From NCBI GenBank assembly GCA_963836185.1, contig CAWIIQ010000002.1:128001-192000 (forward strand): 64,000 nt of DNA, written 5' to 3'. The notes beneath the pieces were generated by a model. The model was given only the letters and a program-made list of their open reading frames with translations. It searched no databases and was not told where the DNA came from. Source of the stretch: Candidatus Krumholzibacteriia bacterium. GTDB lineage: Bacteria > Krumholzibacteriota > Krumholzibacteriia > Krumholzibacteriales > Krumholzibacteriaceae. This document shows, piece after piece, positions 28,940 through 38,038 of the stretch. Both the position numbers and the translations under genes were made by a program. Every line of letters begins with the position of its first letter. Position 1 is the stretch's first letter.

Positions 28940-30040
28940 ATGAAGACATGTTCGAAGTGCATACTTCCCGAAACATACCCGGGAATCAGATTTGACGAGG
29001 CCGGAGTGTGCGATCAGTGCCTTTCGCACAGGCCGCGCGCATCGAGAGGGGAAGAGAAGTTCCTCGAGATCATCGATTCTTACAGGGATGAGAGCAGAAA
29101 GTACGACTGCATCGTGGCATATAGCGGCGGCAGGGACAGTTCATATCTTCTCTGGTACGCCACGCACCGTCTCGGCCTCCGTGTGCTCGCGTGCTTCGTA
29201 GATAACGGATACGTCCCGGAGCAGACGCTGGCGAACATAAAGAACGCTACAGAGACGCTCGGTATCGACCTGGTCATCAAGAAGCACGAATACGTGAGCA
29301 AATGCGTCCGGCACACGCTGAAGTCATGGATCCGGAGACCCGATCCCGGAATGATCGGCCTTCTGTGCGCGGGATGCAATTTCGCCCTGAGATACTATCT
29401 TCTCGAGATGGCGAAGGAGAATCAGGTCCCGCTGGTGATCTTCGGGCTTGGCGAACCAGAGCCCCGGACGACATTTGCCGAGAGACTTCTGATGAATGAT
29501 CCGCGCAGGAAGATGAGCAGATCCTCCCTGGGTATCGGGTTTGCCTCGCAGATCGCCTCCAATCCGGCCTACCTGACCAATCCGAAGGTCCTCTCGATCT
29601 ATATGAAGGAATATATTTTCAGATGGGCGCCGTCGATCAGAAAGATCATGACGAGGAAGGTCGCTTATCCAGAGATGAGAGTGCTCGAACCGTTCTACTA
29701 CATCGACTGGAACGAGGAGGAGATCGTCTCGGTGATCCAGAACGAGCTTAACTGGGAAAAATGCACATACAGCGGATCGAGCTGGCGGACTGACTGCGAG
29801 ATCGCGACCTTGAAGAACTACCTGTACAAGCAGACACTCGGCTTCTCAAAGCTCGAAGAGCTGCTGAGCAACATGATCAGGTACGATATGACGACGAGGG
29901 ATGAGGCGGCCGAAAGGGTCGAGAAGGAAAGCTATATCTCCGAAGATTTTATCCGCGAGTTCATCGATGGGATGGATCTGGACTACAACGTGTTCCAGTC
30001 GTCCCTCGACATGCGCAACGGCAACCGAACCGCCAGTTAA
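28940..30040 (+). CDS. PP-loop ATP pyrophosphatase, N-acetyl-sugar amidotransferase-like (WbuX/PseA-like)
   Basis: 'CSKCILPETYPGIRFDEAGVCDQC', 'YDCIVAYSGGRDSS', further CxxC and 'DC' motifs. Confidence 0.8.
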   Translation: MKTCSKCILPETYPGIRFDEAGVCDQCLSHRPRASRGEEKFLEIIDSYRDESRKYDCIVAYSGGRDSSYLLWYATHRLGLRVLACFVDNGYVPEQTLANIKNATETLGIDLVIKKHEYVSKCVRHTLKSWIRRPDPGMIGLLCAGCNFALRYYLLEMAKENQVPLVIFGLGEPEPRTTFAERLLMNDPRRKMSRSSLGIGFASQIASNPAYLTNPKVLSIYMKEYIFRWAPSIRKIMTRKVAYPEMRVLEPFYYIDWNEEEIVSVIQNELNWEKCTYSGSSWRTDCEIATLKNYLYKQTLGFSKLEELLSNMIRYDMTTRDEAAERVEKESYISEDFIREFIDGMDLDYNVFQSSLDMRNGNRTAS

Positions 30041-31530
30041 CCCGGTATCTTGAAGTGTCTTCTCTCCGATTTTTTCAAAAGTATGAAGACGTTGAGGATG
30101 ATATATACCGCCGACGTCGCAACTCCCAGAACGACGATCCTCTTGTAGTCCGGGGTGAGGTAATTACGTATAAGAAGCCAGCTGACAAGGTGTATGGCTC
30201 CGCCCAGGGCGATACACCCGAGGACTACCCTGGCGTATTTCGCGAACGGGAACTCGATGACCCTGTTCGCGTAAACGGGGATGATGAAGATATGCGTGAC
30301 AAGTATCGGCAGTGTGGTCCCGAGGGCTACGCCGACGATCCCGTATTTACGGATCAGGATCACGCTGAGGAGGATGTTGGCGAAAGCCTCGCCCAGCATC
30401 AGTAGCGCGTAGAACTTGTGCTTTGAGATGCCGAACAGCATCGATATCGGAGCGATCTGGATCGTTCCGAAGATAAGGCCCACGGTCAGGATCGCGAGCA
30501 CGTGGTACGAATCGAGGTATTCAGGCCCCATCCACCTCAGTATGAAAGCCTTCCCGAATATAAGGATCGATCCTCCGATAAACACCGACATGATTGCGTT
30601 GAGTTTTACCGTGACGATATATTTTTCCCTGATCTGCCCGAAATCACCTTTCCCCTCGAGGCTGCTGAAGACAGGTTTCATCAAAGCGATGGCATTTGTG
30701 ACGAGCATAAGATAGTAAGCCGCCACACGGCTGCCGATGTTGAAGTGTGTCACGAAAGTCAGCCCGAGGAACGCCGTGATGATGAACGCGGCGATCTGGA
30801 ACCTGAACTGTTTGGCGATATTAGCGAGGAAGCTGAAGAAACTGTATCCCAGGAGCATCCGCGCGACCGTTTTTGTCGCCATCATCGGCTGGACCCTTGT
30901 ATCGGGATACTTCCATTTCATGTAGGCGATAGTCAGTGCGTACTGCATGAGGTCCACACAGAGGGTGATCACGGCCAGCGAGATTATTCCGTATCCACGG
31001 CCGAGGAAATAGACTATCAAAGCCGTCCGGATGAGGAGCTTGATGATACCGATGATGTATACGATGTCGTAACGGAGATGAGCGTAAAGAAATCCGTAGA
31101 CACTCCTGATCGGGAAGGAGAGGGCCATGTCGAAGCCGACGAGAAGGATCACAGTCCGGAAGATATCCACATCTTTCGGATCATCCATGAACATGGGGCT
31201 GACAAGCGCGATTACGCCTGACGCGATCAACGCGAGGACCCCGATGAGCAGAAAGATGATCAGAGAGGTATTGAAGACCTTGTCGCGTTCCTCGTGGTCT
31301 TCCTTGCCAAGGGCTCTCGCGATGAACCTCTCGTTCGCTGTCGATATGCCCAGCTCGAAGAATCCGTAATATCCTACCAGGGTCCCGACGAGGATCCACA
31401 ATCCATACCACCGGTCTCCGATTGAGTTGATCACGAATGGTATCATGAAGAAAGCGACGGCGATGTTCAGGACAGGATTCAATACCCTGAAGAAAGAACC
31501 GCGGATGATGGTGCTGGCCAGTCTGGACAC
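30037..31530 (-). CDS. Wzx-type polysaccharide flippase
   Basis: 12-14 TMs; 'YGLWILVGTLVGYYGFFELGI', 'NILLSVILIRKYGIVGVALGT'. Confidence 0.88.
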   Translation of the reverse strand: MSRLASTIIRGSFFRVLNPVLNIAVAFFMIPFVINSIGDRWYGLWILVGTLVGYYGFFELGISTANERFIARALGKEDHEERDKVFNTSLIIFLLIGVLALIASGVIALVSPMFMDDPKDVDIFRTVILLVGFDMALSFPIRSVYGFLYAHLRYDIVYIIGIIKLLIRTALIVYFLGRGYGIISLAVITLCVDLMQYALTIAYMKWKYPDTRVQPMMATKTVARMLLGYSFFSFLANIAKQFRFQIAAFIITAFLGLTFVTHFNIGSRVAAYYLMLVTNAIALMKPVFSSLEGKGDFGQIREKYIVTVKLNAIMSVFIGGSILIFGKAFILRWMGPEYLDSYHVLAILTVGLIFGTIQIAPISMLFGISKHKFYALLMLGEAFANILLSVILIRKYGIVGVALGTTLPILVTHIFIIPVYANRVIEFPFAKYARVVLGCIALGGAIHLVSWLLIRNYLTPDYKRIVVLGVATSAVYIILNVFILLKKSERRHFKIPG

Positions 31531-31663
31531 GATAAAGGCTCCAGGAGAATCGGTTTCCGTTCGCGCCGCCTGTTTGTCGCGACATCTCTGTTCGAGCAGA
31601 AACCTATCAGCATCAGATCAACCGGACAACCTTAATCTGTGGTGGATAGATCTCCGGAAGACA

Positions 31664-32608
31664 TCACCGGATGTTGTAATAGATCGAGATGCGGTGGAAA
31701 TTGCCCAGGTCCCCATACGGGGTCCAGGCGTAATCCAGATTGAGCCCGCCGAGTATAGCGACCCCGCCGCCGAGGGTGACGCCGTCGCCGAGCCTGTATT
31801 CCTGCCCGCAGTAACCGGCTCTTATAGCCAGGGTCCGTAAGATATCGAGTTCAACCCCGGCATTGAAGTAGACATCCTCGTAACGGGGCTTGACAAGATC
31901 CAGCCCGTACATCAGCCGCATCGTCTCGCCGCTGATATTGAAAGCATGGCTCGCGCCGGCCCGCGTCGTCGTGGGCAGGGGCTCGTCGATCGTGTCGAAG
32001 CTGATATCCGATCCGATGTTCTGCACGGCGATACCGATCGCGACTCCGACCTTGTCGATAGTGTAGAGCGCTCCGACGTCGAACGCAGGTCCGCCCGCCG
32101 TCCATTCATCGAGCTTCTCCTGGAAATACTTCGCGTTCGCCCCGATCGTCAATGACGGGACCGGTGTGAACCCGAGGCCGATGATGGCCTGGTAGTTGTT
32201 GTTTTTGAGAGCCGTAGTCTCCATCCCGTACATGTCGTAGCCCTGGATGTCAGGACGGTATTCATATGTGAAGGAACCGGCCGCGACGAACTTGTCGCTG
32301 AACCTGTGGTGCAGTGAGGCGTTGTTATACTTCGTATCCACCAGCCATTCGGAATGAAGAACGCCGAAACCGGTCCCCTCCATCAGTCCGAAGGACGCCG
32401 GGTTTGCCAGCCAGTTGAACGGGTCCCCCCGCAGCGCGGCGCTGATCTCGCCCATGGCGATCGACTTGGCGCCTATCGCGCGCGTGAGGTATTCCGCTCC
32501 GGTGCTGCCCGGGCCGTCCTGCGCGGATGCGCCAGAGGAAACGCACACGATCAGGAATATTCCCGTAATCAGAAGAGCCTGTGTTGTTATTCTTCGCGTG
32601 TGTATCAT
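31664..32608 (-). CDS. PorV/UPF0164-like outer-membrane beta-barrel
   Basis: Signal peptide; 'GAEYLTRAIGAKSIAMGE...NPAS', 'LPTTTRAG', 'LDYAWTPYGDLGNFHRISI'. Confidence 0.8.
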   Translation of the reverse strand: MIHTRRITTQALLITGIFLIVCVSSGASAQDGPGSTGAEYLTRAIGAKSIAMGEISAALRGDPFNWLANPASFGLMEGTGFGVLHSEWLVDTKYNNASLHHRFSDKFVAAGSFTYEYRPDIQGYDMYGMETTALKNNNYQAIIGLGFTPVPSLTIGANAKYFQEKLDEWTAGGPAFDVGALYTIDKVGVAIGIAVQNIGSDISFDTIDEPLPTTTRAGASHAFNISGETMRLMYGLDLVKPRYEDVYFNAGVELDILRTLAIRAGYCGQEYRLGDGVTLGGGVAILGGLNLDYAWTPYGDLGNFHRISIYYNIR

Positions 32609-32639
32609 AGCGACTCCACTCTATATCATCTGGGCCTGA

Positions 32640-33545
32640 TCAGTTCACTATCATAATGGGGCGTCTCTCGACGAACTCTCCGCCGGAATCCCTGACGAGA
32701 ACGTAATAGACGCCGCTCATCACCTGGGTGCCCTGGTTATTCGAACCGTTCCAGGTCAGCGAAGTGCTGCTGCCGACCCCGCTCTGCCAGACCTCGAGCC
32801 CATTGCCGTTTATAACGGTGACCGTCCCGTCGGCGGGCAGGTTGTGCATGCTCATCGATCCCATGTCGGGATGATACGGTACCGGGAAAATGCTGAGCGC
32901 CGGCGCGGAAAGAGGCGCCGGGTTCTCGCCGGTAAGCGATAGTGTATCTATAGCGGAGACGATAAGATTATCATCGCCGTCATACGCGACTGCCCTGACA
33001 TAGTATGTGCCCGGGAAAAGAAGATCATCGATCTGGTTGCTGTGCAATCCGTCGAACTGGTCATCATCCCACGCGGTCATCTGTTCCATGCTCATGTCAT
33101 TGTCGTACTGGACGAATCCGATCGTCGGGTCCTGTGAGGACCAGGTGACATCGCACGAGCCGTCCGTGCCGATAGACATATCCGTGATCCGGCATATATC
33201 CTTCATGGCCTCACCAGCCTCCTGCGGGATCGTCATTCCCGAAACGAGGTTCGAGAACGGGCTTCTGTTGCCGTAATTGTCCTTGGCGACGATCCTGTAG
33301 TAGTACCGGACCCCCTGATACCGTCCCGTGTCAGTGTATTCGAAGGTACTCGCGTTCACACTGTCAATTGCGGTGAAATTATTGTCCGGATCTATAGATC
33401 TGTAAATGACGTATCCCGTGACCGTGGGCTCCGGGTTGGGCGCCCAGTTCACAAGATAATCTGTAGTCGACTGAGCGAAGACAGGGGTGCCTGTCAATAG
33501 AAGGAGGCAACAGATCAGTGTTGTTTTTAAAATACCGTGTCTCAT
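32640..33545 (-). CDS. Secreted fibronectin-III protein with FlgD/T9SS-type C-terminal domain
   Basis: Signal peptide; FN3 'WAPNPE..VTGYVIYRS...YTD...YYYRIVAKD..GNRS'; CTD 'FPVPY...WNGSNNQGTQVMSGVYYV'. Confidence 0.78.
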   Translation of the reverse strand: MRHGILKTTLICCLLLLTGTPVFAQSTTDYLVNWAPNPEPTVTGYVIYRSIDPDNNFTAIDSVNASTFEYTDTGRYQGVRYYYRIVAKDNYGNRSPFSNLVSGMTIPQEAGEAMKDICRITDMSIGTDGSCDVTWSSQDPTIGFVQYDNDMSMEQMTAWDDDQFDGLHSNQIDDLLFPGTYYVRAVAYDGDDNLIVSAIDTLSLTGENPAPLSAPALSIFPVPYHPDMGSMSMHNLPADGTVTVINGNGLEVWQSGVGSSTSLTWNGSNNQGTQVMSGVYYVLVRDSGGEFVERRPIMIVN

Positions 33546-33818
33546 GATCTCACTCCGTTGTAACCTTATCGGGGCAATGTTTCAATGATGATTTAGTCAT
33601 GCCGCTCAATTTTCCAGTTCAAAAGTGAAAGTTGAATTGCATTTTGAAACATCCGAACCGAGTCTCCTTTCCACGAACCCCTGTTTGAATTGTGTGAAAA
33701 CCCTTCCTCGTGATTCCTACCCGTTACCCGTCATGCCTAATCAATCCGACTTCATGCCCGTTTTCCTGACAGGGTCTTCACTTCGTTTTTCATAAGTATC
33801 CTGGCGGTGTAAGGCAAG

Positions 33819-33834
33819 TGCAAAATGTTCGCCA
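33819..33834 (-). promoter_or_regulatory. Candidate sigma54 promoter for the FN3-CTD/PorV operon
   Basis: Minus strand TGGCGAACATTTTGCA = TGGC-N7-TTGCA with exact -24/-12 spacing, in an AT-rich intergenic region. Confidence 0.6.
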
Positions 33835-34012
33835 TTCCGGCGTGTCCGGCCAGGTTGACCCATAACGTATTAAGGTGCAGGTATATGGAGAGAATAAAAA
33901 AAGATGCGGCCCGGACAGGTTTGAGTGCGCCTGGTTCTTCAAAGTTCGCAACCGCTTGAATTTATAGGTAATTACACCCAGTGAAAAGGCCCTAGTGTGA
34001 TATTCCCAGTCT

Positions 34013-35893
34013 TTATTCCTGGTCTGTGCCGTATGCGTCACGATTCTTCTCCGCCCACTCCAGCATCCCCTTCCGCGGCCACACGATGATGTAATGGACA
34101 GGCTTGTACTTGCCTTCCATGATGAGCAATGTCCGTTGCGGCGAGTTGGCAGCCGCCAGCCTAAGGTCCTGTTCGCTCGTTCCGATCGGATATACCCTTC
34201 CGCCGTTCTGCTCGGGTATCTGCCTGAGGTGAGCCAGCCCGGGGCTGAGCTCCTCGAGCAGCGGATCGTAGAACCAGCTTCCCCCGATCATTCCCTTTAT
34301 CCGTGGATAGCGTTTCAGGAGATCGGCGATATTGAGGTAGCAGCGGATCCATCCTTCCTTGCTGAAGTTCTTTCTCAGGTACCTCATGTCGAGGTGGATA
34401 CTGTAGAAGGGCTTCAATCCCTTCATCTGCCTGACGGTATAGCTCAGTCCATCGATGAACTGCCCCACCCCGCCCGTGAACAGGAACTTGCTTCCGATCC
34501 CCGATTCTTCCACGAGGAACCCGACGGGGACCAGTCTAAGGCTGCAGACGGCCAGGTCCTTGCAGAACCGGTCTTTCCTGTAGTCGTAAAACTCATCCTC
34601 CATCAGGCCGAAATCTTCGATGATCCTCTCGAACCATTCGCCGTACAGCTTGTTGATCTTCTCCGGAAGACCCATGTTTTCCAGGATGGGGATCGAGTCC
34701 CTGATAAAATGCGCCATCGCCGTCTTCTGATACAGGGCGATGCCCCTGATCCCGCAGGATGCTTCAATATCATCAAACGCCGCCACAAGTTTCGGGCTGG
34801 TGTTCCGGTAGAAGTGTCGCCGCCTGTACGATCTCACTATCCCGGAGTATCGCTCGATCGGGTATTTCCGGAGGACATCCGGGGTGATCCGCAGGAGTTC
34901 CCCTTCGAGGGTTCCGATCGCCTCTTCGGCCCTGGCAGCGATGCCCGCCATCTCCGGAGTCGTCTTCCTGTATTTGTCCGCCCACGCTATCAGATCTTTC
35001 CTGTTCCACAGCATCATGTGGCCGGTCGGTCTGTACTTTCCCTCTTCGTACAATCTTTTTCTCGTCGGAGACTTCAACGTCGAGAGCCTTATGTCCCTCG
35101 CGCTGGAACCGGTCTTGAAGAATCGCGCGCGGCGCTTCTCGGGGCGTTCCCTGAGATAGGCCAGTCTCGGGCTGATCCTGCTGATCTCCGGATCATAGAA
35201 CCAGCTGACGGCGAATAACCCCTTGATCCGCGGATTGGCCTTCAGCATCTCGGCGACCCTGACAAAACAACGGTCACGTCCATCTGAGTTGAATTTGTCC
35301 AGATACCGCATATCCATATGTATGCCGTAGAAGGGGTGGAATCCCCTCGTTCCGATCACTGTTCGGTACATATAGCAGAAGAATTGCTTTATCCCGCCCG
35401 ACAGGAAATGTCTTCTGCTCAGGCCGGCTATCTCTGTCAGTTCACACCCGACCGGGGTCATACGCATGCTGCAGACCCCGAGGTCCTTGCAGAAGAAATC
35501 CTGCTCGTGATCATAGAACTCGTCCGGCTGTTTCGAGAAATCATCCACGATCCTCTCGAACCATTCGTAATAAAGCCCGGTGATATCGGCGGAGAAACTC
35601 GTAGAGGGAAGCCTGTCGATCGTCCTCTTGATAAAGGAAGCGAGGGCCAGCTTGTGATAGAGGGTGATGCCGGGCTGGCCGTATTCGGCCCTGATGCTCT
35701 CAAAGGCCGCCGTCAGCCTGAAGGGGAAATCCCTGTACAGGTACAGTTCGGGGAGCGACTCGATCTCATCTATATACATCTCGATGGGGAATTTCGTGAG
35801 AAAGTTCTCATCGAGCCTTTCGAGGCCCTCTTTAAACGAATCTATCCGGCTGTCGACAAGGGCTTCAGTCAGCATCAAAGGCTCCAGACGCAA
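34013..35893 (-). CDS. Hypothetical protein built from two tandem homologous ~300-aa domains (possibly GNAT-like acyltransferase)
   Basis: Repeated 'EWFERIxxDF...DEFYD...FCKDLxVCS', 'PFYxIHxDMRYL', 'PRIKG....SWFYDP...SPxLAxLRxxPE', 'EGKYxP' in both halves. Confidence 0.7.
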   Translation of the reverse strand: MRLEPLMLTEALVDSRIDSFKEGLERLDENFLTKFPIEMYIDEIESLPELYLYRDFPFRLTAAFESIRAEYGQPGITLYHKLALASFIKRTIDRLPSTSFSADITGLYYEWFERIVDDFSKQPDEFYDHEQDFFCKDLGVCSMRMTPVGCELTEIAGLSRRHFLSGGIKQFFCYMYRTVIGTRGFHPFYGIHMDMRYLDKFNSDGRDRCFVRVAEMLKANPRIKGLFAVSWFYDPEISRISPRLAYLRERPEKRRARFFKTGSSARDIRLSTLKSPTRKRLYEEGKYRPTGHMMLWNRKDLIAWADKYRKTTPEMAGIAARAEEAIGTLEGELLRITPDVLRKYPIERYSGIVRSYRRRHFYRNTSPKLVAAFDDIEASCGIRGIALYQKTAMAHFIRDSIPILENMGLPEKINKLYGEWFERIIEDFGLMEDEFYDYRKDRFCKDLAVCSLRLVPVGFLVEESGIGSKFLFTGGVGQFIDGLSYTVRQMKGLKPFYSIHLDMRYLRKNFSKEGWIRCYLNIADLLKRYPRIKGMIGGSWFYDPLLEELSPGLAHLRQIPEQNGGRVYPIGTSEQDLRLAAANSPQRTLLIMEGKYKPVHYIIVWPRKGMLEWAEKNRDAYGTDQE

Positions 35894-36152
35894 AGGGGAA
35901 TCAATCAGATATTTAAAGTAATATCCCTATACGTTCAAGTAGATATTGGCTTGCACTGGTCCGAATATCGTTTATATTCGCAGCGACAGGGAAATTTTTC
36001 AGGCATTGTCGCGGGGGCCGGGTGTATAATCACTCAAGGTTCGTCCGGAAGGACGGAGGAATCCTGCGCAATCATGCGGATCTTCCCGGTGCGGACAGGT
36101 GTCCGGAGGGAAGGGACTACGCTCTAACCCCTATTGTTTTTATGCATTTGAA

Positions 36153-36168
36153 CGGCATACATATTGCA
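36153..36168 (+). promoter_or_regulatory. Candidate sigma54 promoter for the beta-helix gene
   Basis: CGGCATACATATTGCA (GG-N10-GC), 26 bp before the ATG at 36195, which has a GGAGG RBS. Confidence 0.6.
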
Positions 36169-36194
36169 ACCGAAACGGGAGGGGAGGTACAGCC

Positions 36195-37943
36195 ATGAAT
36201 AGGCTCCAGTATTGGATTTTTATAACTCTAATGATTCTTCCTCTTGCCGGGCTGCATGCGGAAAATTATTACATGTCGCCGGGTGGCGATAACGGCCGAA
36301 GCGGTTTATCGCCCGACTTGTCCTGGGCCACGATGCAGTATGCATCATCGCAGATGGGCGCCGGAGACACCCTGTTCATCATGGGCGGGACTTACAGCGA
36401 CGACCAGTATTTCCACAGGACGAACGGTACGGGAGGCGCTCCCGGAAGCCCGCTCGTCATAAAGGCATACGGGGACGAAGTCGCCATATTCCAGCGCACG
36501 GGCAGGAACGACAGACATCTTAATTACTACTTCTACTTCTATTACGGCACTGATTACGTGACGATCGATGGATTCAGCAGCCTGAATCCCTCGGATTCCC
36601 TGTACATCAAGCTCGAGGGTCACGAGGATGCTTCGTACGCGGTTCGTTTCCTCGGAGCGACCGGCGGGACCAACTGGTGCGAGCATATCACGGTCAGGGG
36701 GATCGAGATCGACGGCGATCACGAGTGGGATGCTCCGGGCGGCCTGCTCAGGTACGGTATCGGTACGACCTTCAGCAGGTATGTGTTGATAGAGAGCAAC
36801 TACATCCATCACATATACCACGCTACGGGAGACCTGCCAGGCGGTGACGGCACAGATCGCGCGCAGGGAACGGGAGAGGCGGTCTATCTACTCAGCACCG
36901 AGCTCTCGACAGTTCAGAAGAACACGGTGAAGTATGTGAATCATGCCGGGATGGCGTTCGGCCAGTACGCGAACCCCAGCGATCCGGTATGCAGGTACAA
37001 CAAGATCAGGTATAACCGCTGTGACATCTACTGGGGCGGCGGGATCTACCTGTTCCAGAACTGCGAATACAATCTTGTCGAGGGAAACGTCATCACTCAC
37101 TGCGGCGAGACCACGACAAAGACGAAGGGCGCCTTCTACATCGCCGGCTCAAACAACACGGTAAGAAGGAACGTCACCTACAATCCGATGGCGGGTGCGC
37201 TGGGCATGAAGGGGATGAGGTTCGAGGATTTCTGCTATATCGTGCAGAACAACCTCGTCTACAACAATACCTTCTTCGGCACGCAGAGCGACAATCTCGA
37301 GCTGGTCGTAAAGAACACCGGCGCGAATGCTTGTGCCGACGCGAGGATGAACGACAATTTCTTCGCGAACAACATCTTCTACAAGTCGTGGGGACTTACG
37401 GCGGATGTCGGCAGCAGGGCCGGAGAGCTGAAGCTGTACCTCTACGACGCGAGCGCGGAACATAACTGGATCACCCCCGACCAGTCAGGTGTATCGCCGG
37501 CCAGTACGCACTGGGGCGGCAACAGGTTCTATCACAACCTGATGCGCAAGGACGAGCATCCCGCCGACTGGAATCAGGTCATCATCTACGCCATGGACGG
37601 CGATTATGGAAGTATCTACACATACTCGATCGCCGATGCGCAGAACAACGACCCGATCGCCTGGCGGAACAACATCGGCGATATCCCGCAGCTGCTCAGC
37701 GAGGACCCCGACGCAGTATACGAAGGCTGGTGGCGCATCATGCCGGGCAGCCCGTGCGTGGATCGCGGTACGATAGTGGACGAGACGAACGGCGCGTACG
37801 TCGAGTCGCTGCACCCGGGATACGGCTGGGCAGGCCTGGACTATTCCGGCACGGCTCCCGATATCGGGGCGTACGAAACGGACCTTGAGAATCCGGCGCC
37901 GCTCAGCACACCGGTCCAGGGCCGCCTGCAGACCGGCGGGTAA
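36195..37943 (+). CDS. Secreted right-handed parallel beta-helix protein (polysaccharide lyase/modifier-like)
   Basis: Signal peptide; 'YYMSPGGDN...WAT...GAGDTLFIMGGTY'; Asn-rich PbH repeats; 'SPCVDRG...APDIGAYE'. Confidence 0.8.
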   Translation: MNRLQYWIFITLMILPLAGLHAENYYMSPGGDNGRSGLSPDLSWATMQYASSQMGAGDTLFIMGGTYSDDQYFHRTNGTGGAPGSPLVIKAYGDEVAIFQRTGRNDRHLNYYFYFYYGTDYVTIDGFSSLNPSDSLYIKLEGHEDASYAVRFLGATGGTNWCEHITVRGIEIDGDHEWDAPGGLLRYGIGTTFSRYVLIESNYIHHIYHATGDLPGGDGTDRAQGTGEAVYLLSTELSTVQKNTVKYVNHAGMAFGQYANPSDPVCRYNKIRYNRCDIYWGGGIYLFQNCEYNLVEGNVITHCGETTTKTKGAFYIAGSNNTVRRNVTYNPMAGALGMKGMRFEDFCYIVQNNLVYNNTFFGTQSDNLELVVKNTGANACADARMNDNFFANNIFYKSWGLTADVGSRAGELKLYLYDASAEHNWITPDQSGVSPASTHWGGNRFYHNLMRKDEHPADWNQVIIYAMDGDYGSIYTYSIADAQNNDPIAWRNNIGDIPQLLSEDPDAVYEGWWRIMPGSPCVDRGTIVDETNGAYVESLHPGYGWAGLDYSGTAPDIGAYETDLENPAPLSTPVQGRLQTGG

Positions 37944-38038
37944 GCCGAAGCGGACGGAGAAACGGAATTTCATGCAGGCTGCCGTATGCGCACTGGCGCG
38001 AATATCGGCAGCCTGTTATGCTTTCAGGGTGAATTTCC

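Noticed and set aside
31609-31624. GG-N10-GC on the minus strand upstream of the second flippase
   Set aside because: Poor match at both elements (CGGTTG...ATGCT); too weak to call.
37914-38038. A CTD for the beta-helix protein hidden by a frameshift
   Set aside because: Only about 95 nt lie between its stop and the next gene, too short for a CTD, and I see no CTD-like residues in the other frames.
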